DNA from: Candidatus Eiseniibacteriota bacterium
GTDB lineage: Bacteria > Eisenbacteria > RBG-16-71-46
NCBI GenBank assembly: GCA_963707915.1
Contig: OY970178.1
Location: 3,168,001-3,232,000 of the forward strand
DNA length: 64,000 nt
Direction of reading: 5' to 3'
Under the pieces are notes generated by a model that was given only the letters and a program-made list of their open reading frames with translations, did not search any database and was not told where the DNA came from. Below are positions 1 through 9,721 of the stretch, piece by piece (within the stretch, counting starts at the first letter, position 1; the number at the start of each line of letters is the position of its first letter). Both the position numbers and the translations under genes were made by a program.

Positions 1-2
1 TG

Positions 3-473
3 CGCGACTTCCCGCTCTTCGAGTGGGACGAGGGGGCGGGCCGCTGGGCGCCGCGCCACCACATGTTCACCATGCCCAAGCCGGAGCACCTCGGCTTCCT
101 CGAGAGCGATCCGGGCAAGGTCTACGCCACGCTCTACGACCTGGTCCTGAACGGGACCGAGCTGGGCTCGGGCTCGATGCGCATCCACCGGCCCGACATC
201 CAGGAGCGCGTGATGAAGGTGGTGGGGCTCTCGCGCGAGCAGGCGCACGCCAAGTTCGGCTTCCTGCTCGAGGCCTATCGCTACGCGGCGCCGCCGCACG
301 GCGGCATCGGGCTGGGTTTCGACCGGATCGTCATGCTCATGGCCGGGCGCGACAACATCCGCGACACCATCGCCTTCCCCAAGACCACCACCGCCGCGAG
401 CCTGATGGACGGCTGCCCGAGCGAGGTGGAGCCGGAGATCTGGAAGGAGCTGCACCTCAAGCCGCAGGAGTAG
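3..473 (+). CDS. aspS: Aspartate--tRNA ligase, C-terminal part (5' truncated by window)
   Basis: Frame open from position 3 (RDFPLFEW...HHMFTMP). Motifs YDLVLNGTELGSGSMRIH, PPHGGIGLGFDR (class II motif 3) and IRDTIAFPKT. Confidence 0.95.
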   Translation, partial: RDFPLFEWDEGAGRWAPRHHMFTMPKPEHLGFLESDPGKVYATLYDLVLNGTELGSGSMRIHRPDIQERVMKVVGLSREQAHAKFGFLLEAYRYAAPPHGGIGLGFDRIVMLMAGRDNIRDTIAFPKTTTAASLMDGCPSEVEPEIWKELHLKPQE

Positions 474-514
474 CGGCGGAGCGGAAGCGCGCGGCCCGGT
501 ATGGAGCAGGAAGC

Positions 515-541
515 GGCCCGGGGCTCGACGAGCCCCGGGCC
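515..541. terminator. GC-rich inverted repeat between convergent genes (probable terminator-type hairpin)
   Basis: GGCCCGGGGCTCG-A-CGAGCCCCGGGCC, 13-bp perfect arms; no clear U-tract. Confidence 0.5.
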
Positions 542-564
542 TTCGCCTGGCGCGGCGCTTCGGC

Positions 565-1149
565 CTACGGCTTCGCCGGCATCGCGTCTGCGGGCCTGGG
601 ACCGCGGCCCGAGCGGGCGTCCTGCGCGCCGTCGAGCAGTCGCCGGGCGTGGTCCAGCGCGGCGGTCGCCTCGTAGTCCGCGAGCCACGTCCCGACGTTG
701 CCGACCGTCTTGCTCGCGGCCACCAGCCCGCCGTGGTCGTCGAACAGCATGGCGCGCTGGAATGGCACGAGGCGGGGCGTGCTGTCGACGGGCGCCATGC
801 CCGTCTCGACGGCGAGACGCGGCACGCCCCGCTCGAAGTAGTAGCGGTTCGAGTGCGAGCCCCGCGCCCCGAGACCCAGGTCCTCGTGGATGACGCGCAC
901 CCCGCCGCGGTCGAGCCAGGCCGCGTAGGTCGAGGTCCCGGCGGGTTGGGCGAACTCGCCCTCCACCCGCTGCAGCGAGTCGAGCACGCCGTCCATGGAA
1001 TCGGCGCGCGCGCGCCAGGCGGAGAGCGAGTCCGCGGCCGTGCGCGGGCCGTGCGCGGCGTCGCGGCGCGCGCCGCAGCCCGAGCTGGCGGCCAGCAGGC
1101 CCGCGACCAGCAGGGTGAGGAGGGCGAGGGCGGCGGGTCGTCGGATCAT
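565..1149 (-). CDS. Hypothetical lipoprotein
   Basis: ATG at 1149 preceded by GAAGGAG. MIRRPAALALLTLLVAGLLAASSGC resembles a signal peptide with a lipobox Cys. Confidence 0.7.
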   Translation of the reverse strand: MIRRPAALALLTLLVAGLLAASSGCGARRDAAHGPRTAADSLSAWRARADSMDGVLDSLQRVEGEFAQPAGTSTYAAWLDRGGVRVIHEDLGLGARGSHSNRYYFERGVPRLAVETGMAPVDSTPRLVPFQRAMLFDDHGGLVAASKTVGNVGTWLADYEATAALDHARRLLDGAQDARSGRGPRPADAMPAKP

Positions 1150-1280
1150 GTCGGCGGCTCCTTCGGCGGCCCGGGCGCCCGCGAGGTGACGGGGCCCCGG
1201 GGCGCGCCTATCATGGCAGGCGTGTGCCGGAGGCGGCGTTCGGGGAAGTGCCCGCGAATCCACCTCCGGGCGGAACGACT

Positions 1281-1306
1281 CCAACCTTTCGTGATGGCCG
1301 CGGGTC
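1281..1306 (+). promoter_or_regulatory. Putative ECF-sigma promoter (CCAACCTT...GGTC, AAC-N17-GGTC)
   Basis: Same TCCAACCTT -35 core and 17-nt spacing as the motif upstream of the ECF sigma gene at 9689-9714. Confidence 0.4.
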
Positions 1307-1349
1307 CCGGCCGGTTCGCGGCGGGCGGCCTGCAGCCGGGGAGGAAGAG

Positions 1350-1538
1350 ATGAAGCCGAACGTCGGAAGCCTGGACAAGGCGGTTCGCATCATCGTGGGG
1401 CTCGGGTTGCTGAGCCTGGTCTTCATCGGCCCGCGCACGCCGTGGGGCTGGATCGGGATCATCCCGCTGATCACCGGCTTCATCGGGGTCTGCCCGCTCT
1501 ACGCGCCGTTCCGCATCGACACGCGCAAGACCCGCTGA
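1350..1538 (+). CDS. DUF2892 (YgaP-like) small membrane protein
   Basis: MKPNVGSLDKAVRIIVG...GIIPLITGFIGVCPLY matches the N(V)G..DR..R / CPLY signature; GGAGG RBS. Confidence 0.9.
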   Translation: MKPNVGSLDKAVRIIVGLGLLSLVFIGPRTPWGWIGIIPLITGFIGVCPLYAPFRIDTRKTR

Positions 1539-1592
1539 GCGGGCGCATTCGCACCAGCCGGCCGGCCGGGCGCCGCGGCATGCCCGCCACGC

Positions 1593-3536
1593 CTACTTCT
1601 GCGCGACGCCCAGCGCCATCAGCGCGCTGATGAGCACCGCCATCAGGCTCTCGCCCGCGATCAGGCCCGAGGCGATGGGCACGACGTACTCCTCGGCCGT
1701 CCGGCGCCGGATCTGCTCGAACAGGAACACCAGCAGCGCGCCCGCGAACATCGAGATCGAGATGAACCCGGGCATGACGAAGGCGAGGCCCAGCCCCATC
1801 GGCGAAGGGATCCAGGCCTTGGCCCGCGGGAACGCCTTCTCGAGCAGCGGCAGCACCAGGCCCACCACCGCGCCGGCGAGCGCGCCCACGCGCGCGGTGT
1901 GGTGCAGCGACTCCAGGCCGTGCGAGAGCAACTCGGCCACGCCCTTCCAGACCACCGCCATCGAGGCCGGGAAGTGCTCGCCGCCGAGCACGGAGGCGTC
2001 CGGCACGAGCAGCGCCCAGGCCAGCCCCACGACCAGCGCGCCGGGCACGATGCCCGCGAGCTGCGCGAGGAATTGCTGGCGGGCGTTCGCGCCGAGCAGG
2101 TAGCCGCTCTTCAGGTCGGTGAGCAGGTCGGCCGCGCAGCCCGAGGCGTTGGCCGTGACCGAGGCGGTCATCAGGTTGGCGGTCATGTTCTGGGGAGCCA
2201 GCACGCCGTAGGTCAGCTGGGTCACCTTGCCGAGCGCGCCGGTCGGCGTGGTGTCGGTCTCGCCGGTGGCGCGGCAGGCCACCACGCTCAGCACGAAGGT
2301 GAGCAGCACCGCGACCACGCCCAGCCCGACCGGGATGTGCCAGATGAGCTTCTGCATCGCCACCACGCCCACCATGCCGAACAGGAACAGGCCGAGGAAC
2401 CAGGAGTTCGGCACCTCGATGGCGGCGAGCGGGTCGTCCGGCGCGGCCCGGCGCCGCGGCGCGAGCCACGTGAACGAGCGGCCGATGGTCCGCCAGCTGA
2501 AGCCGAGCGTGACGAAGCTCGAGACCACCATGATGGGGACCCCGGTCCACAGGCTCCAGCGCGCGATGTCGCCGAAGCCGAGCCCGCGCGCCGGGTCGGC
2601 GGCGACGATCACGCCGGCGCGCGCCATCATCGGGGCGAGGACGAGGTAGTTCACCAGCGCGCCCAGCAGCAGGCTCCAGCCCACGCGGAAGCCGATCAGC
2701 GCCCCGGCCCCGAGCGTGATGAGCCCCATGTCCCAGCGCAGGCTGAGTCCCGCGAGCGGGATTCCGGAGACGGCCAGCCGGCCGAAGGGGAGCGTGGCCG
2801 GCAGGTTCCAGGGCATGAACGTGAACGTGGCGTCGCGCAGCCACGCCACCGCCGCGCCCAGCAGGCCGGCCACGCCCAGCGCCCGCGCCTTGAGCAGCGC
2901 CGCGCCGCCGCGCGAGTGCAGGCTGCGCAGCGTCTCGGCGGCGGCCGTGCCGCTGGGGAACTTGAGCTGCTCGACGTTGATCATCTGGCGCTTCAGGGGC
3001 ACCGCCATGGCCACGCCGATGACCGCCAGGAACACGTTCCAGCCGAACAGCGTCCAGAAGTCCATCTGCTGGCCGGTGATCATGAGCATGGCCGCGATCG
3101 CCGAGGCCATGGTGCCGCCCACCGAGAAGCCCGCCGCGTTGGCGGTGGACTGCATGCAGTTGTTCTCGAGGATGCAGAAGTCGGTGCGCACCACGCTCGG
3201 CAACAGCACGCGCAGGCCGCGCCAGATGGAGTAGGACAGGATGCAGGCGGTGATGGCCACGCTCGAGGTGAAGCCGATGCGCAGCGCGACGTAGAGGTTG
3301 GTGAGCGCCATGACGCCGCCGAGCAGGGCGCCCATCACGATCGCCCGCACGGTGAGCTGGGGCAGCGTGTCGCCGGCGCCCCGGTAGACGGTCTCGTACC
3401 ACTCGCGCTCGATCGCCTCGGCGGAGCGGGCACGCTCGCTGCCCGGCGAGTCCGGGTCGGGCTCGTGCGTGGGGATCCCGGTCAGCGGGTTCAGTCCCGT
3501 GACGTCCTGGTGTGCGCTCGCTTCCGTCGCGGCCAT
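1593..3536 (-). CDS. OPT family oligopeptide transporter
   Basis: QLTVRAIVMGALLG, NLYVALRIG, ENNCMQS, LKFPSGTAAAE, DLKSGYLLGA, ASGLIAGESL; many TM segments. Start set at MAATEAS. Confidence 0.9.
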   Translation of the reverse strand: MAATEASAHQDVTGLNPLTGIPTHEPDPDSPGSERARSAEAIEREWYETVYRGAGDTLPQLTVRAIVMGALLGGVMALTNLYVALRIGFTSSVAITACILSYSIWRGLRVLLPSVVRTDFCILENNCMQSTANAAGFSVGGTMASAIAAMLMITGQQMDFWTLFGWNVFLAVIGVAMAVPLKRQMINVEQLKFPSGTAAAETLRSLHSRGGAALLKARALGVAGLLGAAVAWLRDATFTFMPWNLPATLPFGRLAVSGIPLAGLSLRWDMGLITLGAGALIGFRVGWSLLLGALVNYLVLAPMMARAGVIVAADPARGLGFGDIARWSLWTGVPIMVVSSFVTLGFSWRTIGRSFTWLAPRRRAAPDDPLAAIEVPNSWFLGLFLFGMVGVVAMQKLIWHIPVGLGVVAVLLTFVLSVVACRATGETDTTPTGALGKVTQLTYGVLAPQNMTANLMTASVTANASGCAADLLTDLKSGYLLGANARQQFLAQLAGIVPGALVVGLAWALLVPDASVLGGEHFPASMAVVWKGVAELLSHGLESLHHTARVGALAGAVVGLVLPLLEKAFPRAKAWIPSPMGLGLAFVMPGFISISMFAGALLVFLFEQIRRRTAEEYVVPIASGLIAGESLMAVLISALMALGVAQK

Positions 3537-3565
3537 GCGGTCCCTCCCTGGGCGGCCGTCCGAGA

Positions 3566-4894
3566 CTACGGGTATGTCCGCGCCCGCGCCAGCCGGCGGG
3601 CCAGGGCGCGGGAGGCGGCCAGGATCCCGCCGCAACCGTAGATGATGACGAAGGAGTCCAGCGGCAGGCGGAACCGCACCTTGGACAGGATGACGGCGTG
3701 CACCGCCGTGTACACCAGGAACAGGAGCAGGACGAGCACCGCCACCCGGCTCCTGCGCAGCGACCCGAGGAGCCAGGCCAGCGCGAAGGGCAGGAGCAGC
3801 CCGTAGGAGAGGAGGCTGGCGAGCCGCTCGAGCCCGAGACGCGGCCGGTCGTCGGTCATCGGCCGGGGATAGAGCGCCCAGAGCTCCAGCGACTTGTCGA
3901 GCGAGAGCCTGAGGAAGCGCGGGACGTCGGCCGCGATGTAGCCGAGTGCCCGCCGGTTGAACGCGGAGTCCCGCGTCGCCTCGTTGCCGGGGAGGTCCCA
4001 GACGCTCCGGGCCTCCTCCTCCATCCCCGCCACTTCGTCCCGGTTGCCGGTCGAGGCCCTCACGCCCGGGTGGTTGCCGAGCCAGAGGTTGTAGCCGCCG
4101 TTGGTGGAGACCAGCACCGGGTGCCCAAAGGCGCGCTGGTTGCGGGCGACCCAGGTGCCGAGCACGACGACGATGGGAAGCAGGCAGGCGAGCGCGAGCC
4201 GCAGGCTCCGCCCGTGGCCGCGGCGGGGCGCATCGCTCCGGCGCCACGCCATCCACAGGGCGACCAGCACGAACGCCGGCAGCGCCGAGGCGGCCACCAG
4301 CGTGGCCCACGCCCCCAGCAGGCCGGCGCCCGCGGCCGCGGCGACCGAGTCCCGTTCCACCGCCACGAGCGCCAGCAGGACCCCGCCGGCGATGAGCGCG
4401 ACCTGCAGGGTGACCGGCATGTCGGCGCCGGTGGAGTAGACGTAGAGCGGGTACACCGCGGTCGCCAGCGCGGCCAGGCGGGCGCCGGCGCTGTCCAGCA
4501 CCCTGCGGGCGATGCCGTGGACCACGGCCACGGTGCCCGCGCCGAGCAGGCACTGCGCCACGCGAACGGCGAGGATGTCCGCGCCGAAGAAACGGTAGAT
4601 CGTGGCCAGGAAGAGCGGGTAGCCCGGGGGCCAGTAGGCGGTCGGCCGGCCCTTGGGGGTCAGGTAGGAGCCGTGCTCGACCAGCCCCTGCGCCAGGCGG
4701 GAGTAGTTCTCGCCGTCGAACCAGTAGCTCCGCGGCTCGAGCGTGAGCACGTAGGCGAGGCGGACGAGGAACGCCAGCAGGCAGAGCGCCGCCAGGACGA
4801 CGAGCTCGCGGTCGGGGCCGGTCCTGCCGGGCGCCGGGGGCGCGGGTGACGACGATCGCTTCCGCGCCCTCGCGTCATCGAAGTCCTCTTCCAT
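3566..4894 (-). CDS. GT-C fold membrane glycosyltransferase (PMT/ArnT, GT39/GT83-like)
   Basis: D..Y..LA, TAYWPPGYPLFLA, W..RN...FG..V.VSTNGGYNLWLGN, RFRLPL; multi-TM. Confidence 0.8.
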   Translation of the reverse strand: MEEDFDDARARKRSSSPAPPAPGRTGPDRELVVLAALCLLAFLVRLAYVLTLEPRSYWFDGENYSRLAQGLVEHGSYLTPKGRPTAYWPPGYPLFLATIYRFFGADILAVRVAQCLLGAGTVAVVHGIARRVLDSAGARLAALATAVYPLYVYSTGADMPVTLQVALIAGGVLLALVAVERDSVAAAAGAGLLGAWATLVAASALPAFVLVALWMAWRRSDAPRRGHGRSLRLALACLLPIVVVLGTWVARNQRAFGHPVLVSTNGGYNLWLGNHPGVRASTGNRDEVAGMEEEARSVWDLPGNEATRDSAFNRRALGYIAADVPRFLRLSLDKSLELWALYPRPMTDDRPRLGLERLASLLSYGLLLPFALAWLLGSLRRSRVAVLVLLLFLVYTAVHAVILSKVRFRLPLDSFVIIYGCGGILAASRALARRLARARTYP

Positions 4895-5009
4895 CGGGCT
4901 CCATCCTGTCCTGTGCACGCCCGTCCGACCGGGCGGTGGCGCGTCGGCCGCGTTCCCGTCGGCCGCGGGGCGGGCCGTGTCCCGGGTGACGCGCGACCGC
5001 GCGATCTCC

Positions 5010-6572
5010 TCAGGGCCTCGTTCCGGCCGCCGGGCTGTCGGTCCTGGTGAAGAGGTAGACCGGCAGCCGCGTGAATCGCCAGCTCCTTTCCAGGGTCATG
5101 GTGCTGCGGCAGACCCGCAGGAGCCGGTCGTCCCGGTCCATCCACCAACCCTGGCACTGCACGATCCAGACGCGCCGGCTTCCGCCGGTGTTCGCGCGGA
5201 GCCACGCGCCCACGGTCCGCTCGTCGGTGAAGTCGGACTGGCCCGGCAGCAGGAACGCCATCGATTCCGGGACATAGTATCGCAGCGGGTAGTCCAGGGC
5301 GTACACCACCACGGCGTCGCCGGCACCGGCCTCGCGGGTGAGCAGCCGTCCGGCGGCCCGGGCGTCCGGCCGCCAGCACGCCGGGTCCGTGAAGTAGCGG
5401 TAGTCCGAGCACGCCGAGAAGAGCACGACCGCCGCCAGCGCCCCGTTGCGCAGCGTCCGCGATCGGATCGAGCTCGCGCCGATCGCGAGCAGGGCGACGT
5501 AGGGGGCGAACGCGAGGAAGGCGTAGCGGGAGTTGGGAGCCTTCAGGTTCAGCGCCGAGAAGCCCGCCATCAGGAGGATCGGCAGGACCAGCCAGGGCAG
5601 CAGCAACGAGCGCGCGGGGCCGCTGGCCCGGCGGCAACCCCGCAGGGCGAGGAGCGCGAAGAGCGCGCCGGCGGGGACCAGGAACCAGAGGTACGGGACC
5701 ACGGCCGCGAACCGGTGGAGCTTGAGCTCGTCCACCGTGGGCCCGAGGGACAGCCCCAGCGAGAAATCGTAGAAGGTGTACGGGATGCTGAGGAACCCGG
5801 GCGGGGACTCGCCCTTGGGCACGGACACGGCGCCGCCCGTCCCCGGCCCGCCCAGGCGCAGCGGTGCGGTCGTGGCCGCGCCGCGGACGATCCAGGGCGA
5901 CAGGACGATCGCGCAGAGCGCGGCCAGCAGCAGGAAGCGCCGCACGGGATAGCGCAGGCGCCGCCCCACGGTCAGCACGTAGAGGCCCTCCACCGCGAAC
6001 AGGAAGAACCCCGAGAGGTTCGCGAGGCAGGTCGCCACCAGCGTCACGGCCGCGAGGGCGAAGCTCCGCGGCGTGCGCTGCTCGACCTCGTCCATGAACG
6101 CGGGGACGGCGAGGAGGCCGGTGACGAAGAGCAGCACGTAGTTCCTCGCCTCCTGGCTGTACCAGAGGTGGTAGGGCGAAGTCGCCAGGATGACCAGGGC
6201 GACGAGCCCCACGGCCGGCCCGGCCAGCCGCCGCACCAGCCGGTGGAAGAGCAGGAGCCCGATCGCGCCGAGCAGTGCGGAGAGGAGCCTGACCATGGCC
6301 TCGCTGTCCCCGAAGACCTGCATCCAGCCGCGCAGGAGCACCAGGTAGAGGGGACCGTGCGGGTTGAAGATGGTGTCCGCGAGGCCGGCGCCGGCCTCGC
6401 CCCGGGCGCTGACGACCGAGTGGATCTCGTCGTGCCAGAAGCTCTGCTGCCCCAGCGCGAGGAGGCGGATCGCGATGCCGGCCGCGAGGACGCACAGGAC
6501 CGCGACGGTGCGGTGGTCCGGTCTCCACGAGCCCGGAGCGCGGACGCCCGGGCCGGCGGCCGCGGCGCTCAC
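5010..6572 (-). CDS. GT-C fold membrane glycosyltransferase (PMT_2/GT39-like)
   Basis: QSFWHDE, HGPLYLVLL, RLLSAL, YSQEARNY. GTG start overlaps the upstream stop (GTGA). Confidence 0.8.
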   Translation of the reverse strand: MSAAAAGPGVRAPGSWRPDHRTVAVLCVLAAGIAIRLLALGQQSFWHDEIHSVVSARGEAGAGLADTIFNPHGPLYLVLLRGWMQVFGDSEAMVRLLSALLGAIGLLLFHRLVRRLAGPAVGLVALVILATSPYHLWYSQEARNYVLLFVTGLLAVPAFMDEVEQRTPRSFALAAVTLVATCLANLSGFFLFAVEGLYVLTVGRRLRYPVRRFLLLAALCAIVLSPWIVRGAATTAPLRLGGPGTGGAVSVPKGESPPGFLSIPYTFYDFSLGLSLGPTVDELKLHRFAAVVPYLWFLVPAGALFALLALRGCRRASGPARSLLLPWLVLPILLMAGFSALNLKAPNSRYAFLAFAPYVALLAIGASSIRSRTLRNGALAAVVLFSACSDYRYFTDPACWRPDARAAGRLLTREAGAGDAVVVYALDYPLRYYVPESMAFLLPGQSDFTDERTVGAWLRANTGGSRRVWIVQCQGWWMDRDDRLLRVCRSTMTLERSWRFTRLPVYLFTRTDSPAAGTRP

Positions 6573-8065
6573 CGGAGCAGTTCTCCCGCGAGCCGGACCA
6601 GCCTGGCCACCACGGCGGGCTGGTTCGCGGCGATGGTCGCCAGCGGGACGGGCCCGGTGTGGCTGATCATCCCCAGGGCGTACTGGGCCAGGAGCAGCAG
6701 GTTCCAGGCCGAGAAGACGCCGAACGCCAGCGGGGCGAGCCACCGCGGCCCGGCGCCGGCGGCCGCCGCGAGGTTCCCGCGGCGGGGCGCAGTCCATCGC
6801 GCCAGCGCGCGGCCAAGGTCGTCGAGGAACACCGCGAGCCCCAGCGCGAGCAGCGGCGTGCCGCTCAGCAGCCGTCGCATGCCGAACGAAGCTCCGCCCC
6901 ACCAGTCGCGCACCATGCAGTTGGACGCCACCAGCAGGAGGAAGGCGGCGAGGCCGACCCCGGCGAGCTCGCGGTCACGGCGGAACAGCAGGCCCAGCCC
7001 GGCCACGGCGGGCAGCGCGATCGGCGTCCAGACGAAGAGGCCGTGCCGGGAGGAGAACAGCGTCTCCCACAGGGCGGCCGGAGCGAAGCCGAGATACTCC
7101 ACGGGATAGCGGACCCAGGGCCGGCCGTGGAAGTACTGCCAGGCGCCGAACTGGGGCGACGCGGCGAGGAGGAATCCGGCGCTCGCCGCCGCCACGCACC
7201 CGAGCAGGCGCCGGGCCGCGGCCCCCGCGTCGCGGGTCCCGTCCCCGCGCAGTTGCCGGGCCGCCTCGACCGCGAACACCGGGAGAGCGAGCACGACGTC
7301 GTTCCAGCGCGCCAGGAAGAGCACGCCCGCGAGCAGGCCCCAGCGGAACCACGTCGCCGCCCGGTCGGCGTGGCGCGTCCGCCACCAGTAGAGGAAGAAC
7401 GCCCCGGAGGCGAACACCGTGAGGGCGTGGCTGTAGCTCGGGGCGAGGTAGAGGTAGTAGACGAGGGGAGTGGCCCAGGCCATGGCCAGGACGGCCCACG
7501 ACGCCTCCCGGCGCGGCGCGACCCGGGACGTGAGCCGGTAGGCGAACAGCAGGCCCACCGCCCCGAAGGCGAGCGAGCTGAGGGCGATCGCGAGGTAGTA
7601 GAGCCCACCGTAGCCGTCCGCGCGCGCGGCGGCCCCGGCGCCTCCGCCCGCGCCCAGGAGCATCAGCCCGTGCGCGGCGAGGTAGGCCGGGGCCCAGGAG
7701 ATCGGCGGGCCCACGCTGAAGAAGGCGGGCACCCGCCCGGTGACCGGATCGGGCTGCGGCGTGTGGTAGGTCGGGTCGATGCCCGGCCGGTGCGAGCTGC
7801 GCGAGAGGAACCGGGCGGGCAGGCCCCAGGCGTCGGCCTGGATGTGGCCGGCCAGGTGCTCGAACTCGTCGGCGAGGTCGAGGTTCCGCTCCACCACGGC
7901 CGAACGGAGGAGCGCGACGTAGCCGATGCCGTCGCCGTGGACCCAGGAGGTGAGCAGGAACGGGGCGGCCGCGAGGAGGCAGAGCAGGATCATCCATTCC
8001 GGACGGGGCAGGGGAGACCTCGCCGTCGAACGGAGGTTCTCCCCAGCGGGTTCGCTCTGCTTCAT
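6569..8065 (-). CDS. Membrane protein, putative GT-C glycosyltransferase
   Basis: HGDGIGY..LRS, PSYSH, LFSSRHGLFVWTP, WWGGASFGMRR; multi-TM. Confidence 0.7.
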   Translation of the reverse strand: MKQSEPAGENLRSTARSPLPRPEWMILLCLLAAAPFLLTSWVHGDGIGYVALLRSAVVERNLDLADEFEHLAGHIQADAWGLPARFLSRSSHRPGIDPTYHTPQPDPVTGRVPAFFSVGPPISWAPAYLAAHGLMLLGAGGGAGAAARADGYGGLYYLAIALSSLAFGAVGLLFAYRLTSRVAPRREASWAVLAMAWATPLVYYLYLAPSYSHALTVFASGAFFLYWWRTRHADRAATWFRWGLLAGVLFLARWNDVVLALPVFAVEAARQLRGDGTRDAGAAARRLLGCVAAASAGFLLAASPQFGAWQYFHGRPWVRYPVEYLGFAPAALWETLFSSRHGLFVWTPIALPAVAGLGLLFRRDRELAGVGLAAFLLLVASNCMVRDWWGGASFGMRRLLSGTPLLALGLAVFLDDLGRALARWTAPRRGNLAAAAGAGPRWLAPLAFGVFSAWNLLLLAQYALGMISHTGPVPLATIAANQPAVVARLVRLAGELLR

Positions 8066-8129
8066 GGGCTCGGGCTCCGGCGACCGATCGATCCGTGATC
8101 CGGGACGAAGATTCCCCTGCTCGGTGCCG

Positions 8130-8138
8130 AGTGTAACA
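8130..8138 (-). promoter_or_regulatory. Putative extended -10 promoter (TGtTACACT) for the GT-C operon
   Basis: Minus-strand TG-T-TACACT about 65 nt upstream of the ATG at 8065. Confidence 0.4.
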
Positions 8139-8274
8139 CCGGACCGGGACTTCCGTGTCCGCGCCCCACGGCCCGGATCGCGCGCGTGGCCGCGAGGTCG
8201 CGGGGCACCTCGCCGCGCAGACGAACCAGGGGGGCGCCGGGACCGGCACCCCCCTGCGTTCCGCGCTTCCGATC

Positions 8275-9435
8275 TCAGCGCCGGCGGAGACTCACGCCGC
8301 CCGAGCCGGTGTCCACCTTGATCCGGCCGTGCCCCTCGCCGATGGTGCCCTGCAGGGAGCCGTGCTCCTTGCTCGTGACGGTCATGGCGTAGTCGGTCTC
8401 GATGCCGCCGCTGCCGCAATCGAAGTCCACCGTGGCGTCGAGGTCGTCGGGTCCCACGATGGTCACTCCGCCCGAGCCGGTGTCCACCAGCAGGGAGCGC
8501 GGCGCGGCGAGCAGGCCCACGTGGACGCCGCCGCTGCCGGTGTCGATGCTGATCCGGCCGGAGCGCACGTCGTCGAGCCCGACGCTGCCCGAGCCGGTGT
8601 CGACGAGCACGTCCTCCGACTCGACGCTGTGGCCCGTGACCCCGCCCGAACCGGTGTCCACCTTCAGGCGGCTGCCCGCCACGTCCGAGAGCTCGACCCC
8701 GCCCGAGCCGGTGTCGACCAGGATGTCCCCCCGGTTCCCGCGCAGCACCACGCGGCCCGAGCCGGTGTCCACGACCAGCGAGCCGGTCGTGCGCTCGGCC
8801 TCGACCGACGCGGCCGCCACGTCGATGGTCAGGTCACCGTCCACCCCCAGCGCCACGGCTTCGCCCACGCCGAGACGGAACGTGGTCTGGCAGCCGCGCG
8901 GCAGCCGCACCTCGATGTCGGCCCAGGCGTGCAGGCCGTGGCCCGAGCCCGCGACGGTCACGCGGTGGCCGCCGAAGGGGAAGCCCCCGCCGTGCTCGAG
9001 GCAGCCGTCGGAGCCGACGTGGAGGGTCGAGCTCCCCCAGCCGTGCATCGAGCTCCAGGGCTTGGTCCGCGGGTAGATCACGCGGTTGCCCGGGTAGATG
9101 ACGTGCAGCCGGGACTCGCCGCCCCGCTCGACCTGCTCGGCGCGGAGCCGGGCCGCATCCGGGCCGCAGCGGGTCACCAGCACCTCGGCGCGCGTGCCGG
9201 TGCCCTCGACGATGCGTACCGCGCCCGCGAGGTTGCAGATCTCGATGCGCTGGCCCTGCAGCCAGAAGCGCTGCACGGCCGGTTCGGCGCAGGCCATCAT
9301 CGCCAGGAACGAGGCGTTGGCCAGCAGGGCGATGAGCGCGATGGTCAGCATGCTCGCGATGGCGAAGAGGACGGCGAGGGCGCCGGGGCCCGCACGGCGC
9401 TGGCGCTGGGTCATCGTCAGGACGGCACTTCTCAT
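8275..9435 (-). CDS. DUF4097-family beta-strand repeat protein
   Basis: N-terminal hydrophobic segment followed by about 7 VDTGSGGV-type repeats with 19-20 aa period; GAAGGAG RBS. Confidence 0.85.
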   Translation of the reverse strand: MRSAVLTMTQRQRRAGPGALAVLFAIASMLTIALIALLANASFLAMMACAEPAVQRFWLQGQRIEICNLAGAVRIVEGTGTRAEVLVTRCGPDAARLRAEQVERGGESRLHVIYPGNRVIYPRTKPWSSMHGWGSSTLHVGSDGCLEHGGGFPFGGHRVTVAGSGHGLHAWADIEVRLPRGCQTTFRLGVGEAVALGVDGDLTIDVAAASVEAERTTGSLVVDTGSGRVVLRGNRGDILVDTGSGGVELSDVAGSRLKVDTGSGGVTGHSVESEDVLVDTGSGSVGLDDVRSGRISIDTGSGGVHVGLLAAPRSLLVDTGSGGVTIVGPDDLDATVDFDCGSGGIETDYAMTVTSKEHGSLQGTIGEGHGRIKVDTGSGGVSLRRR

Positions 9436-9492
9436 GGCAGCGGCTCCTTCGATGGTCGGGTGGGGAGCGGACATGGGTCCGGTCACTCTGGG

Positions 9493-9519
9493 TTACGCAG
9501 CGGGGGCAAGGATGGTTTC
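9493..9519 (-). promoter_or_regulatory. Putative ECF-sigma promoter GAAAC-N17-CGTAA
   Basis: Matches the general ECF AAC...CGT consensus; lies upstream of the divergent DUF4097 gene. Confidence 0.5.
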
Positions 9520-9688
9520 GTTTCCCCGTCCGGTTCTGACACGGTCCGGGGCGGAATGGTTGGCAGCCGGGGGCCGTCGCGCCCCCGGCAACCTGCGGAG
9601 TGCCCCCGCCGTAGAGCGGGACGAGGCCCCCGACGCGGGGCAGGGATCGCCCCTGCCATCCGGTGTCGCTTTCCCGCTATCCTGCCTT

Positions 9689-9714
9689 CCAACCTTCCGT
9701 CCGGGCGGGCCGTC
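9689..9714 (+). promoter_or_regulatory. Putative autoregulatory ECF promoter CCAAC-N17-CGTC
   Basis: AAC at 9691-9693 and CGTC at 9711-9714, immediately upstream of the sigma gene. Confidence 0.55.
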
Positions 9715-9721
9715 GAAGAGG

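Noticed and set aside
8299..8775. Regularly spaced ~18-bp DNA repeats resembling a CRISPR array
   Set aside because: They encode the in-frame VDTGSG protein repeats of the DUF4097 gene and vary at synonymous positions; no cas genes are present.
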